From an uncultured Noviherbaspirillum sp. (GTDB taxonomy: Bacteria > Pseudomonadota > Gammaproteobacteria > Burkholderiales > Burkholderiaceae_D): a stretch of DNA of 64,000 bases. The stretch lies in assembly GCA_966212445.1 (NCBI GenBank), contig CBIHRJ010000010.1, positions 28,672-92,671 on the forward strand, given 5' to 3'. Below, one piece after another: positions 1 through 9,344 of the stretch; within the stretch, counting starts at the first letter, position 1, and each line of letters opens with the position of its first letter. The notes under the pieces are model-generated. The model was not told the DNA's origin. It searched no databases and saw only the letters and a list, made by a program, of their open reading frames with translations. A program made the translations under genes and the position numbers.

Positions 1-1
1 T

Positions 2-196
2 ATCCTCCCGAATGGCATGAAGGTCGTTTCGATACGGCCCAACCAGGTGATTGCCGAAACCGCGAAGAAACGGCGCGTCCGCCTTGCCGCGGCACCGCAG
101 GTCCCGACAACGCAGAATCAGGCCATCTATCATGGACCTGCTTTCACGTCGCCGCCCATGCTCCCGATCGGCATTCCCAAAGGGGTGGTGAAATGA
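2..196 (+). CDS. 3' end (64 codons) of a gene truncated by the window edge. By position it is the gene preceding the ATPase in a type IVb pilus operon (PilP/PilO slot).
   Basis: Frame 2 is open from the window edge to TGA at 194-196. The stop overlaps the ATG (193) of the next gene in an ATGA junction, suggesting translational coupling. 64 aa is too short for a family assignment. Confidence 0.4.
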   Translation: MLPNGMKVVSIRPNQVIAETAKKRRVRLAAAPQVPTTQNQAIYHGPAFTSPPMLPIGIPKGVVK

Positions 197-1812
197 ACGC
201 GCCCGAAAACCGGCAGCATGATCGCGCTTCGGCGGCGGCGTTTTACACGGACATGGAACCGGTCGATCTGGCCGGCGCTACGGTACTGAGCCGCAGCGGG
301 CCGTTCGAGGGAAGCGACGAAGAAAAAAAACTGCTGTGCCTGCTCTCGGACGGGAGGCTGCTGGTCGCGCACGGCCAGGAATTCAATCAGCATGTGCTCT
401 CCTATTGCGCTCGCCTGGAAAAAATGCGGCGCCCTTTCCGGATAGTCCATGCCGGCATCGGCATCATCAACAGCATCCACCATCAGGCGGGAACGCCCGA
501 CCGGACGGACCGCCGCCAGGAACATTCGAGGATGCAGGTCGCCGCCAAGGACCTGTTGAACAAGGCATGCCGCGCAAGAGCGTCGGACATCCATATCCGG
601 GTCAGGAAGAGCGGAACGGAAATCTACTTCCGCATCCATAACGACCTGGTCCGGACCAGCGGCCAGACGCGGGAATACGGCGAGCGCCTGCTGGCGACGA
701 TGTATGGCGCCATGGCTTCGGTGGCGGACAGTTCCTACAAGCCGACGGAACGGCAGGATGCCAGCATCGCCGACCGCGACAAGCTGCCGCCGCTGCTGTA
801 CGGCGTGCGCATCGCCACCGCCCCCACCAGCGAAGGCAGCGTCATGGTGCTGCGCCTCCTGTACAACGACGCGGGCGACAACATCGACCTGCGCCCGCTC
901 GGCTTCACCGACGCGCAGGCCGCGCTTCTGCAAAAGCTGAAGGAACAGCCGATCGGGATGAACATCATCAGCGGGCCCACCGGGTCCGGCAAGTCGACCA
1001 CGCTGCAACGCATCCTGTCGGGCGAAATCCTGGAAGCGGAAGGCAAGCTGCATGTGCTGACCGTCGAAGACCCGGTCGAGTATCCGATAGACGGCGCCGT
1101 GCAGACCGCGATCACCAACGCCGGCACGGAAGAAGATCGCGCGCGCCTGTTCTCGGCGGCGATCGCCAACGCGATGCGGCTCGACCCGGACACCATCATG
1201 ATCGGCGAAATACGCGACCGCGCATCGGCGCAAAACGCGATGCGCGCATCGATGACCGGACACCAGGTATGGACCACCGTGCACGCCAACAGCGCGCTGG
1301 CGATCATCGACCGGCTGGAGGATCTCGGGATGCCGCTCAGCCTGGTCGCGGACCATACCGTCGTCACCGGGCTGATCAGTCAGCGCCTGGTCAAGGTGCT
1401 CTGCGCGCATTGCAAGAAACGGTTGGTCCAGCATCAGCATGAATTGCCGGAAGCAGTGCTGCTGCGCGTCAAGCAGGCAGTCGCCATGGACTTTGCCAAC
1501 GTATGCATTGCCGGGCCCGGTTGCGACCAATGCCGGCACCAGGGCACGGTCGGCAGGACCGTCGTTGCCGAAGTGATTCTTCCCGACGCGCAGCTTTTCG
1601 AATACGTTCGCGCCGGCGAAAAACGCAAGGCAGTCCAGTACTGGCTGCGGGAGCTGGGCGGGAAAACCATCCTGGAGCATGCGATCGACAAGGTGGCCGC
1701 CGGCTCCGTCGACCCGCGCATGGCGGAAAAGATCGTCGGCCACCTGGTCATCGGCCCGCCGGCGCCGGTGCCGAGGCGGCCCAACATCGTGGAGGCCATG
1801 CGTGCTGTCTGA
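193..1812 (+). CDS. Type IV pilus/T2SS assembly ATPase of the GspE/PilB family (PilQ slot of R64/PAPI-1-type type IVb pilus operons)
   Basis: 539-aa ORF. Motifs seen: Walker A GPTGSGKST, EDPVEY, IMIGEIRD, TGHQVWTTVHANSA, and a C-terminal tetracysteine (CAHCKK...CDQC) typical of GspE-family hexameric ATPases. Confidence 0.9.
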   Translation: MNAPENRQHDRASAAAFYTDMEPVDLAGATVLSRSGPFEGSDEEKKLLCLLSDGRLLVAHGQEFNQHVLSYCARLEKMRRPFRIVHAGIGIINSIHHQAGTPDRTDRRQEHSRMQVAAKDLLNKACRARASDIHIRVRKSGTEIYFRIHNDLVRTSGQTREYGERLLATMYGAMASVADSSYKPTERQDASIADRDKLPPLLYGVRIATAPTSEGSVMVLRLLYNDAGDNIDLRPLGFTDAQAALLQKLKEQPIGMNIISGPTGSGKSTTLQRILSGEILEAEGKLHVLTVEDPVEYPIDGAVQTAITNAGTEEDRARLFSAAIANAMRLDPDTIMIGEIRDRASAQNAMRASMTGHQVWTTVHANSALAIIDRLEDLGMPLSLVADHTVVTGLISQRLVKVLCAHCKKRLVQHQHELPEAVLLRVKQAVAMDFANVCIAGPGCDQCRHQGTVGRTVVAEVILPDAQLFEYVRAGEKRKAVQYWLRELGGKTILEHAIDKVAAGSVDPRMAEKIVGHLVIGPPAPVPRRPNIVEAMRAV

Positions 1813-2878
1813 TATCCATCGCTGGTGGGCGAAGCTCCAGTTCACCGATACCGCGCGCCTTCGCCTCTACCGCAAGATCGCGAAGATGCTCTCGAACGGC
1901 TTGCCGCTGCTGAAGATCCTGGACGAGTTGCAGTATCGCGCGTCGGATCATGGCCGCAAGCCGGGCGAATCGCTCGCGATTGTGCTCGACGACTGCCGCC
2001 GTGCCGTGCAGAACGGCCGGCTGCTGGCGGAGGGGCTGGAATGGTGGGCGCCCAAGACCGAGCGGATGATCCTGATGGCGGGCGAACAGTCGGGCCGCCT
2101 CGAAACCATCCTGGAGACGGTGGTCGAGGTAGTGCAGGCGGAAAAGAAGGTGAAGAAGGTGATCGTCGGCGGCCTCATTTATCCGGTTGCCGTGTTCTCG
2201 CTGATCCTGGTCTATGTCTACCTGTTCGGCACGCGCGTGATCCCGGAGTTCGCGCGCATGGTCGACCCGTCCAACTGGCAAGGCGCGGCCAGGTCGCTGT
2301 ATGTCATGTCGCTGCTGGTGCAGGACTGGATGCTTTACCTCGTCGCCGCGCTCGCCGTCATCGTCGCCGCCGTGCTGGCATCGATGCCTTTATGGCGCGG
2401 CAACCTGCGCGTGCATGCCGACCGTTTCGCGCCCTATTCCATTTACCGGCTTCTCGTCGGCAGCAGCTTCCTGATGGCGTTTTCCGCGCTGCAGTTTGCC
2501 GGCATCACGGTTGAAAAATCCCTGATGCGCCTGTCCGACATGGCGCAGCCCTGGTTGCGCGAACGGCTTGACGGCGCGCTGCTCGGCGTCAAGTCCGGCC
2601 TGAATTGCGGCGAGGCGCTGCGCAATGCGGGATACGGCTTCCCGTCCAGGGAACTGGTCGACGACCTGTGCATATATGCCGAGTACAAGGGCTTTGCCGA
2701 AGCGCTCAAGCTGCTTGCCGACGAATGGATGGAAGAAGGCGTCGAGCAGGTGTCGGTGCAGATGAAAGTGTTGAACGGATTTGCGATTGTCACGCTGGCA
2801 ATCGTTATTGGGTGGCTGGTAACCGGATTCTTCGGCATCCAGCATGAGATCGCGGCCATGACCCGTGCTGTCCGCTAA
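1802..2878 (+). CDS. Pilus inner-membrane platform protein of the GspF/PilC family (PilR slot)
   Basis: The frame is open from 1679, but the GTG at 1802 overlaps the ATPase stop, giving 358 aa. There are three strongly hydrophobic segments (LIYPVAVFSLILVYVYLF, LYLVAALAVIVAAVLA, FAIVTLAIVIGWLVTGFF). Size, topology and position right after the ATPase fit GspF-type platform proteins. Confidence 0.8.
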   Translation: MLSDIHRWWAKLQFTDTARLRLYRKIAKMLSNGLPLLKILDELQYRASDHGRKPGESLAIVLDDCRRAVQNGRLLAEGLEWWAPKTERMILMAGEQSGRLETILETVVEVVQAEKKVKKVIVGGLIYPVAVFSLILVYVYLFGTRVIPEFARMVDPSNWQGAARSLYVMSLLVQDWMLYLVAALAVIVAAVLASMPLWRGNLRVHADRFAPYSIYRLLVGSSFLMAFSALQFAGITVEKSLMRLSDMAQPWLRERLDGALLGVKSGLNCGEALRNAGYGFPSRELVDDLCIYAEYKGFAEALKLLADEWMEEGVEQVSVQMKVLNGFAIVTLAIVIGWLVTGFFGIQHEIAAMTRAVR

Positions 2879-2915
2879 TTTGTCGATGAAACTGAAACTG
2901 GAACTGGAGAACAAA

Positions 2916-3473
2916 ATGAAACAACTATTTGCAAGGGAAAACACACCCGTGAAACAACTCGGCCTGCAACGCGGCGCATCGCTTCTGGAGGGGATTGCCT
3001 ATCTGGGCATCGCGGCCATCGTGATCCTGGGTGCGGTGTCATTGCTGACGAATGCGTTCAGCAGCGCGCAGACGAATCGGGTGGTGGAAGAGCTGACCGC
3101 GCTTCGCACCACCGTGAAGAAGCTGTACACCGGACAGCCCGCAGGGTATGGCTCCGGCGATCTGACGGCAACGCTCATTTCAGCGAAGGCACACCCGGCC
3201 ACGCTTACGTCGAATACGGACAGCACCGCGCTGGTCAACAGCTGGAACGGCAGCGTCAACGTGGACGGCGACAGTTCCACGTTCACCATTACCTATAGCG
3301 GCGTGCCGCAAAACGCCTGCATCAACATACTCAGCGGCGCAACCGGATGGCTGTCCGTCACGCCGAACAGCGGCACGGCCATTACCGCTTTCCCGATCAC
3401 CCCGGCCGCTGCCGCGACTGCCTGTTCCGTGACGTCGTCGGCGGGCAATACGCTCGATTTCGAGGCTTCCTGA
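2916..3473 (+). CDS. Type IVb prepilin (major pilin, PilS slot)
   Basis: 185 aa from ATG 2916, with GGAGA upstream. The N-terminus reads MKQLFARENTPVKQLGLQRG/ASLLEGIAYLGIAAIVILGAVSLL. It has a long basic leader, Gly at -1, Glu at +5 and a ~20-aa hydrophobic helix, which is the type IVb prepilin signature. Confidence 0.8.
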   Translation: MKQLFARENTPVKQLGLQRGASLLEGIAYLGIAAIVILGAVSLLTNAFSSAQTNRVVEELTALRTTVKKLYTGQPAGYGSGDLTATLISAKAHPATLTSNTDSTALVNSWNGSVNVDGDSSTFTITYSGVPQNACINILSGATGWLSVTPNSGTAITAFPITPAAAATACSVTSSAGNTLDFEAS

Positions 3474-3482
3474 CGATCGGCA

Positions 3483-4463
3483 ATGATGACTGCAACCACG
3501 AAAATCAGCCAGCTCGATTTTTCCGATCTCTATCTTGGCCATCCGGGTCTGGCTGACCGGTTTTCCGATGTGCCGGGCGCCGACGCCAATCCCTTGCCGG
3601 CCGATGCGGCGCTGCGCGACGACCTCGATCAGTTGATCTCGGTCTGCCGCAAGGCGCTGGAGGCGGCGCCGTCGTCAAGAGAGTTCAAGGTGAGCTACGA
3701 CGCCGTCACCTATCGCGTCTCCGTGATGCAGAGCCTGGCCGGCCACGTCTTCGTGCTGCGCAAGATGGCGACCGCGGTCCACTCGCTGGCCGAGCTCGGC
3801 ATTCCGCAGGCCTACGTGCGGCACATGATGACGAGGGACCTCTCCGGACTCCTGGTCATCTCCGGCGCCAACAAGGCAGGAAAAACCATGACGGCATGCG
3901 CCACGGTCAAGGACCGCCTCGCTGCCTACGGCGGCGTCGCCGTCACCGGCGAGAACCCGATCGAGATACCGCTTGAGGGAAGCTACGGCCAGGGGGTCTG
4001 TTTCCAGACGACGATGCGGCGCGACGAGCGCGGTTTCGCCGAGGCCTTCCGGCACCTGACGCGCTGGGGGGCCAGGATCATCCTGATCGACGAGATCCGG
4101 GACCAGGAAACCGCTGCGGAAGTGCTGCAGGCGAGCGTCAACGGCCATCTGATCATCACCACCATGCTCGCCGAGAACGTGATCCAGACCATCACCAAGC
4201 TGCACGCGCTAGCCGACAGCAGGCTGGCGCCCGGCAGTTCGCAATCGCTGATGGCGGATGGGCTGGCAGGCGTGCTGCACCAGAAGATCGCACGCGGGCC
4301 AAAGCCGAAAATCGAAACCGAGTTCCTGTTTCTCAAGGATGCACCGGTGATCAAGACCGTGCTGCGCAACGGCAAGTACGAAATGCTGGCATCGGACATC
4401 AAGCAGCAAATGGCGTCGATGATCAGCGGCAACGCCGCGGCGCGAAGATTCGCGGAGGAGTAA
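3483..4463 (+). CDS. PilT/VirB11-like secretion ATPase with diverged motifs
   Basis: 326 aa. Walker A-like GANKAGKT and Walker B/Asp-box-like IILIDEIRD are present. The position of the PilT His box (TGHLV.STLHT) reads NGHLIITTMLAEN. Confidence 0.65.
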   Translation: MMTATTKISQLDFSDLYLGHPGLADRFSDVPGADANPLPADAALRDDLDQLISVCRKALEAAPSSREFKVSYDAVTYRVSVMQSLAGHVFVLRKMATAVHSLAELGIPQAYVRHMMTRDLSGLLVISGANKAGKTMTACATVKDRLAAYGGVAVTGENPIEIPLEGSYGQGVCFQTTMRRDERGFAEAFRHLTRWGARIILIDEIRDQETAAEVLQASVNGHLIITTMLAENVIQTITKLHALADSRLAPGSSQSLMADGLAGVLHQKIARGPKPKIETEFLFLKDAPVIKTVLRNGKYEMLASDIKQQMASMISGNAAARRFAEE

Positions 4464-4958
4464 ATGTGGAACGTCGTGATCATGCTGTTCATGGTATCGC
4501 TCGCGGGCCTGTACTCGACGATCGACAAGAAAGGCCTGCTGACCAATGAGAATGTCGACACCGTGAACCTCGCCAGGGACATGGCGATTTATCGTGAAGC
4601 CGTGATTGCCTATTTCGCCCAGAACCCGACGGTGTACCAGAGCGTCGACCTGGATACCCTGAAGGCGGCCAACGTGTTGCCGGCATGGTCCACGCTCTAT
4701 GCGCGGCCCGGCACGCCCATGTGGGCCAACTACCGGGATAGCGACGGCATGATTTATGTCTACGCGTCGCCTTTACCGCAGACGAATGTTTTTACGGAAG
4801 TGATGAAGCTGACGCAGAACTCGGTACTCGTCGGCGTATTCAGGACCGGCGACACCACTCTTTTTTCACCGGTGCATGGCGATACGAAACGCAAGCTTCC
4901 GCCGGCCAGCGTTGCGATCCCGGACGGCAGTCCGGTCTGGATCGCTGTCGATAGATGA
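4464..4958 (+). CDS. Small membrane-anchored pilus protein (PilM-like by size and position)
   Basis: 164 aa. The ATG immediately follows the previous stop (TAAATG). There is a single N-terminal hydrophobic segment (VVIMLFMVSLAGLY). No other motif was recognised, so the assignment is positional only. Confidence 0.45.
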   Translation: MWNVVIMLFMVSLAGLYSTIDKKGLLTNENVDTVNLARDMAIYREAVIAYFAQNPTVYQSVDLDTLKAANVLPAWSTLYARPGTPMWANYRDSDGMIYVYASPLPQTNVFTEVMKLTQNSVLVGVFRTGDTTLFSPVHGDTKRKLPPASVAIPDGSPVWIAVDR

Positions 4959-4969
4959 GGAAGGCAATC

Positions 4970-6253
4970 ATGACCAACCAACGCGGCACCACCATTATCG
5001 AAATCCTGGCCGCCGTCGCCATCGGCTCGACGATGTTGATCGGACTGTCGGAAATGATCGACACATCGCTGGAAGACACGAAAGGACAACAGGCCTCGTT
5101 GCATCAGGCACGGATCGCGGAGGCGGCACGCAAGTACATCAGCGCCAACTACAAGGCGCTGAAGGATGCGGCGTATGACCCGGCAATCGTCGTGGCTGTT
5201 TCCGTCACGGATCTCATCGATCAGAACTTCCTGACCGCCGGATTCTCCCTGAACAATGTGTATGGCCAGACGACGTGCATACTGGTAAGCCAACCGGTGC
5301 CATCGAGTGGCAAGCTGGAGGCGCTGGTCGTGACCGGAGGAGGAGACCCGATTCCGGACAGGAACATTGGGGTTATCGCCGCACACTCCGGGGAAGGCGG
5401 TGGATACATTGCGGCGGCGACGCCGGCCACTGCGCAGGGATCCTCGTGGAGCGTGTCTACCGCCGCCTACCAGAACGTCGATTGTGCCGATGCACCAGGC
5501 GTGCCGGTATTGACCGGCACTGCGATCGACAGCGGCCATCTCGTATCAAACCTGTTCTACGACGGCCCCGGCTACACCGATTTCCTGTACCGCTATGCGG
5601 TCGATGGACGCCCGGACCTGAACAAGATGCATACCCCGATCAAGATGACGGAAGATGCGATCGTCTCCGAAGGAGCGGCCTGCGGAACCCACGCGGCGAT
5701 CGCCTCCGACAACGCGCGCAACCTGCTTCGCTGCGGATCGAACGGGTTGTGGACGCAATTGACGCCCTGGAAAAATCCGGTCGCCGATTACGCTGCGCTC
5801 GGCAATTTGCCCGCGGACCAGAAGGCGGCGGGCGACGTGCGGATGATCCTCGACCAGAAGCGCGCCTTCATGTACGACGGCGCCAACTGGGCCGCGCTGG
5901 CGGTGGACCAGGACGGCAATCTGACGATCGAAAACAATGTCAACGTCGGAAAAGACGTGAATGCACTTTCCGGGTGGGTCAACGGCATGCAGGTGTATGG
6001 CCAGAATGGCGTAACGGGGGCGCATATGTTCCTTGAGACACAACGGGATGCGGGGCAGGAATGCCGCATTCCGGTGATGACGCCCGACGGCCTGGAATAT
6101 TGGTGGGACTCAGGAATCATCGTCAAGGATTGGCGCGGATTGACCTTGAGCTGCCTGGAGTACACGCCCGAGCTTGCGGCCGCCTATCCGTGGATACCGG
6201 CGCCGTCGACGGGTTATGCATGGACCTACCAGAACGGCCAGTTCGAGCCGTGA
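4970..6253 (+). CDS. Prepilin-like minor pilin / tip adhesin (PilV slot)
   Basis: 427 aa from ATG 4970, with GAGGAAGG 5 nt upstream. An alternative ATG at 4955 overlaps the previous stop. The N-terminus MTNQRG/TTIIEILAAVAIGSTMLIGL has a short leader, Gly-1 and Glu+5, followed by a large C-terminal domain. Confidence 0.7.
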   Translation: MTNQRGTTIIEILAAVAIGSTMLIGLSEMIDTSLEDTKGQQASLHQARIAEAARKYISANYKALKDAAYDPAIVVAVSVTDLIDQNFLTAGFSLNNVYGQTTCILVSQPVPSSGKLEALVVTGGGDPIPDRNIGVIAAHSGEGGGYIAAATPATAQGSSWSVSTAAYQNVDCADAPGVPVLTGTAIDSGHLVSNLFYDGPGYTDFLYRYAVDGRPDLNKMHTPIKMTEDAIVSEGAACGTHAAIASDNARNLLRCGSNGLWTQLTPWKNPVADYAALGNLPADQKAAGDVRMILDQKRAFMYDGANWAALAVDQDGNLTIENNVNVGKDVNALSGWVNGMQVYGQNGVTGAHMFLETQRDAGQECRIPVMTPDGLEYWWDSGIIVKDWRGLTLSCLEYTPELAAAYPWIPAPSTGYAWTYQNGQFEP

Positions 6254-6265
6254 AAGGAACGGAAC

Positions 6266-6733
6266 ATGCGCGCGCATAGCATGATGGTTGCGATTGCCAT
6301 GGCGCTGGCTTCCCGTCCTGTGATGGCATCATGCTGGGATGAGGCCGCCGCGCGCTATGGCGTGAACGCGCACCTGCTCTATGCCATCGCGAAGACCGAA
6401 TCCGGCCTCAATCCGCGCGCACTCAACCGCAACAGGAACGGCAGCTACGACCTCGGACTCATGCAGATCAACAGCCATTGGTTTCCCACGCTGCACAAGT
6501 ACGGCGTGAGTGAAGCACAGCTCCTGGACCCATGCACCAGCATCCACGTCGGCGCATGGATTCTTGCGCAGAACATGCAACGGCTGGGCAATTCCTGGGA
6601 GGCGGTGGGCGCCTACAATGCGCGCGATCCTGTGTATCGCCTGCGTTATGCGCAGAAGGTCTACAAAAACATTCCGCCCGCCGTGCTGGCTGATAGGGGC
6701 GCGGTCCCGGCCGGCTTGCAGACGCCGGACTGA
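6266..6733 (+). CDS. Lytic transglycosylase (SLT/lysozyme-like domain) with signal peptide
   Basis: 155 aa. Signal peptide MRAHSMMVAIAMALASRPVMA. SLT motifs seen: AIAKTESGLNP (Glu-Ser), LGLMQIN and GAYNAR. Such enzymes are standard in conjugative and type IVb pilus operons. Confidence 0.85.
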   Translation: MRAHSMMVAIAMALASRPVMASCWDEAAARYGVNAHLLYAIAKTESGLNPRALNRNRNGSYDLGLMQINSHWFPTLHKYGVSEAQLLDPCTSIHVGAWILAQNMQRLGNSWEAVGAYNARDPVYRLRYAQKVYKNIPPAVLADRGAVPAGLQTPD

Positions 6734-7015
6734 TGAACCTGTTCGACAGGCTTCCTGCCAGGCAATTGGCGAATGAATGAAATCCGGAGTTTTTCCCGGA
6801 AAATTTGCTGAAATCCTACGAATATTTCGAATTCAGGTCGTCCGTAGAGCGGCTACATTATCAATTGAAAAACGTCCGCCCGCAGCATATGCGTTCATGT
6901 CTTCCTGAAGGCTTCTCGATCACCTTCACTCTGTTGCCGGCCGTGTCCTCAGGTGCAGGCAGACACAGCCTTCGCATCAACGATCGGATTACCCTGGACA
7001 AGAAAGGGAAACACG

Positions 7016-9205
7016 ATGGCAATCACGAAAATTGGAACAAGCCTTTTTTCTACCCAATCCGCCTGGCGCCCGCCCATGGCGTCGCCTGTTTCTCGTTCCC
7101 GGCAAGGCGCGCCGTCCGACAAGAAAAAGCCTGACGATTCCAAAAACAAGAAGAAGACCGAGGATGCTGCCGGCTTCATCAAAAAGAAGCTCGATGACTC
7201 CGGCTGGTTCGATACGGTATCCACCGGTGACCTGAAACAAATCACCGCGAAACTCAAGGAGCTGAAACCCGCACAGCGCAATCAGGTGATCGGTCAGTTG
7301 AGCGATGGCGAATTGCACAAATGGGCTGACGAGATCGGCTCGCCCTGGCTTGGCACCGGACTTGACGGTGGACAAAAGCAAGAACTGTTCAACATGCTGG
7401 TCCCTTCCCTGAGCGAGTCCAATCTCGCGCGCGTAGGGCAGGAGTTGACGAAAGCAGATGAGGACACAGCGACTAACGAATTCATTCTGTCAGTCGCCAT
7501 GAAGGCCTCCCCCAACGCGAAAGAAGCATACATATCTGCACTGTCTTCGCTTATGTATGACGATCTTGACGAGCAACCGGAAGATGCGGCTTTCGGCAAG
7601 CAGCAGGATTTTCTCTACGACTGGAATCCGCGAGAAAAGGTAGCTGAAATCATCAATGGAAAGCCGGATCATCATCAGCTTATAGAGTTAAAAACCTTGC
7701 TGGAAGGCCTTTCTCCCGAAGACCGCGCTATTGTTTTCACGCCCAAAGTAGATGAATTTGATCATGAGCCGTTTTCTCATGAAGGAATAAACAAGCTGGC
7801 AGAAAGGATCGCCAGTCCGGACCCGGCGATTGGATTGAGTGATACCGAAAAGAAAAGCTTGTTCGATGTGCTGAGCGCTTCAATGAGCGGGAAACAATTG
7901 GCCGATATGCAGACCGCATTGAGCGGGCATGATTTCATGCGGGCGATGGATGCCAATATTCGCCTCCATCAGACGACCGGTCACGCACAGCCGATGAATT
8001 CAACGGATGAACTGGGCAAGGCCCTTGAAAACTATACGAACAAACAGAGCCTTCAACGGGCGGCCAAAGACCCGCACACCCATCCGGTGAAGCGATGGGC
8101 CGCGAAATATATAGGCCCTTGGCTGCCCCCTCATAAGGCAAAAGTGCCGGATGCTCCCGTTTCACCCAATGGCGAATTATTTCTTCAGTCTCTCCTGAAG
8201 AACAATGCAACCGATCCGGGAAAGAAAATGGACTACATAACCTGGATATCCAAAACGCCGGTCAACCCGGCGCAGGAGAAGCAAGTAAAGGCCTATAGCC
8301 TGGACCTGGCTCAAACCATGGTCGCGGAGCGAAGTGCTGCGACAGCCTACAACAGTTTTACCGTCGAAGAAAAAGCCAAATACGGCAATGGCATGGAACT
8401 GGTCGAGGACATCACGGGCCGTCTGGAACGAATCAAAAATACGAACTACCACTCCACCCAGTTTTCGACCGAGGAGAATGGCGTAATGGATGCAATTTGG
8501 CTGGTCGACAAACACATGAAGCATCTCGACCACTATTCGAAGGAATTGGGCGCGCCTCGTCCCTTGCTCGCAGGCATCCTCGCGGCGGAAGTAAAGTTCG
8601 ACACGTCATGGGATGTAACGGATCCGATCAACACGGACGAAATCATCGGAAATGGCAATGGTGAAGGGGCGTTTCGTGCCCATAGTCCGGCAGCATCCGA
8701 CGCGGTTATCTACCTAAGCGGCAACAAGGTAAAAAAAGACCTGCAGGACGCACATATCGATGGTTTGCTCAATTACCTGAACACCGACTCCGTCAAAGAA
8801 TATGTCAAGACCGCCGGGAGCAAGGGCAATGATGCCCCCTGGTTTAAAGATAAATCCGGGCCGCTGGGAGCCAAATTTGCCGCGCTCATTACGATGTCAC
8901 TCGCCCATCAAATGTGGGACGCCGGAAAGAAAGATCCCGCAACCAAGACGCCTGCCGACTTCGGCGACTTCCTGGAGAACTTGTCTGCATCGCAAATGGC
9001 GTCGATTTACCGGGGATATCGTGCGGGAACCGATACCGACCGTACCGGTGGATACAACGATTACGATGCGAAGCTGGGAGTCCATAAAGTAAAAGGCGGG
9101 GAGGATTTTGCGCGTGCGGTCAAAGACCCGCGTGCCGTGATGGGATACCAGGCTTACCAATCGGAGCCGTATTTCGAGTATTACCTGAACTCGCATCGAC
9201 GATGA
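7016..9205 (+). CDS. Large hypothetical protein, paralogue 1 of a tandem pair; candidate T3SS-secreted translocator (HrpF/NolX/PopF-like architecture, unverified)
   Basis: 729 aa from ATG 7016, with AAGGGA upstream. The N-terminus MAITKIGTSLFSTQSAWRPPMASPV is Ser/Thr-rich with no acidic residues. A Lys-rich tract follows. Two copies of a ~90-aa module sit at about aa 62-150 and 232-325. Two moderately hydrophobic C-terminal segments are present (PLLAGILAAEV, GAKFAALITMSLA). GC is visibly lower than in the neighbours. Confidence 0.75.
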   Translation: MAITKIGTSLFSTQSAWRPPMASPVSRSRQGAPSDKKKPDDSKNKKKTEDAAGFIKKKLDDSGWFDTVSTGDLKQITAKLKELKPAQRNQVIGQLSDGELHKWADEIGSPWLGTGLDGGQKQELFNMLVPSLSESNLARVGQELTKADEDTATNEFILSVAMKASPNAKEAYISALSSLMYDDLDEQPEDAAFGKQQDFLYDWNPREKVAEIINGKPDHHQLIELKTLLEGLSPEDRAIVFTPKVDEFDHEPFSHEGINKLAERIASPDPAIGLSDTEKKSLFDVLSASMSGKQLADMQTALSGHDFMRAMDANIRLHQTTGHAQPMNSTDELGKALENYTNKQSLQRAAKDPHTHPVKRWAAKYIGPWLPPHKAKVPDAPVSPNGELFLQSLLKNNATDPGKKMDYITWISKTPVNPAQEKQVKAYSLDLAQTMVAERSAATAYNSFTVEEKAKYGNGMELVEDITGRLERIKNTNYHSTQFSTEENGVMDAIWLVDKHMKHLDHYSKELGAPRPLLAGILAAEVKFDTSWDVTDPINTDEIIGNGNGEGAFRAHSPAASDAVIYLSGNKVKKDLQDAHIDGLLNYLNTDSVKEYVKTAGSKGNDAPWFKDKSGPLGAKFAALITMSLAHQMWDAGKKDPATKTPADFGDFLENLSASQMASIYRGYRAGTDTDRTGGYNDYDAKLGVHKVKGGEDFARAVKDPRAVMGYQAYQSEPYFEYYLNSHRR

Positions 9206-9344
9206 TGACACTTTGGGCTCCCTTTTTTCAGTATTCCGGAGCGCCCTCGCCCGATTGCCGGTCCACGTCCCGAACGCGGACGCATGCTGCGGCAATAACG
9301 GCCTCACATCAATGATCGCAACCTGGACAAGAAAGACAAGCGCT

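Noticed and set aside
4970-6733. Shufflon-type multiple inversion system at the 3' end of the PilV-like gene
   Set aside because: No clustered 19-bp sfx-like inverted repeats or alternative C-terminal segments were seen. No rci recombinase is present, and the next gene is a lytic transglycosylase.
6734-7015. PIP box / hrpII box (TTCG-N15/16-TTCG) upstream of the candidate translocator genes
   Set aside because: Only isolated TTCG/CGAA elements were found (for example CGAATATTTCGAATTC). No properly spaced second half-site could be seen upstream of either paralogue.
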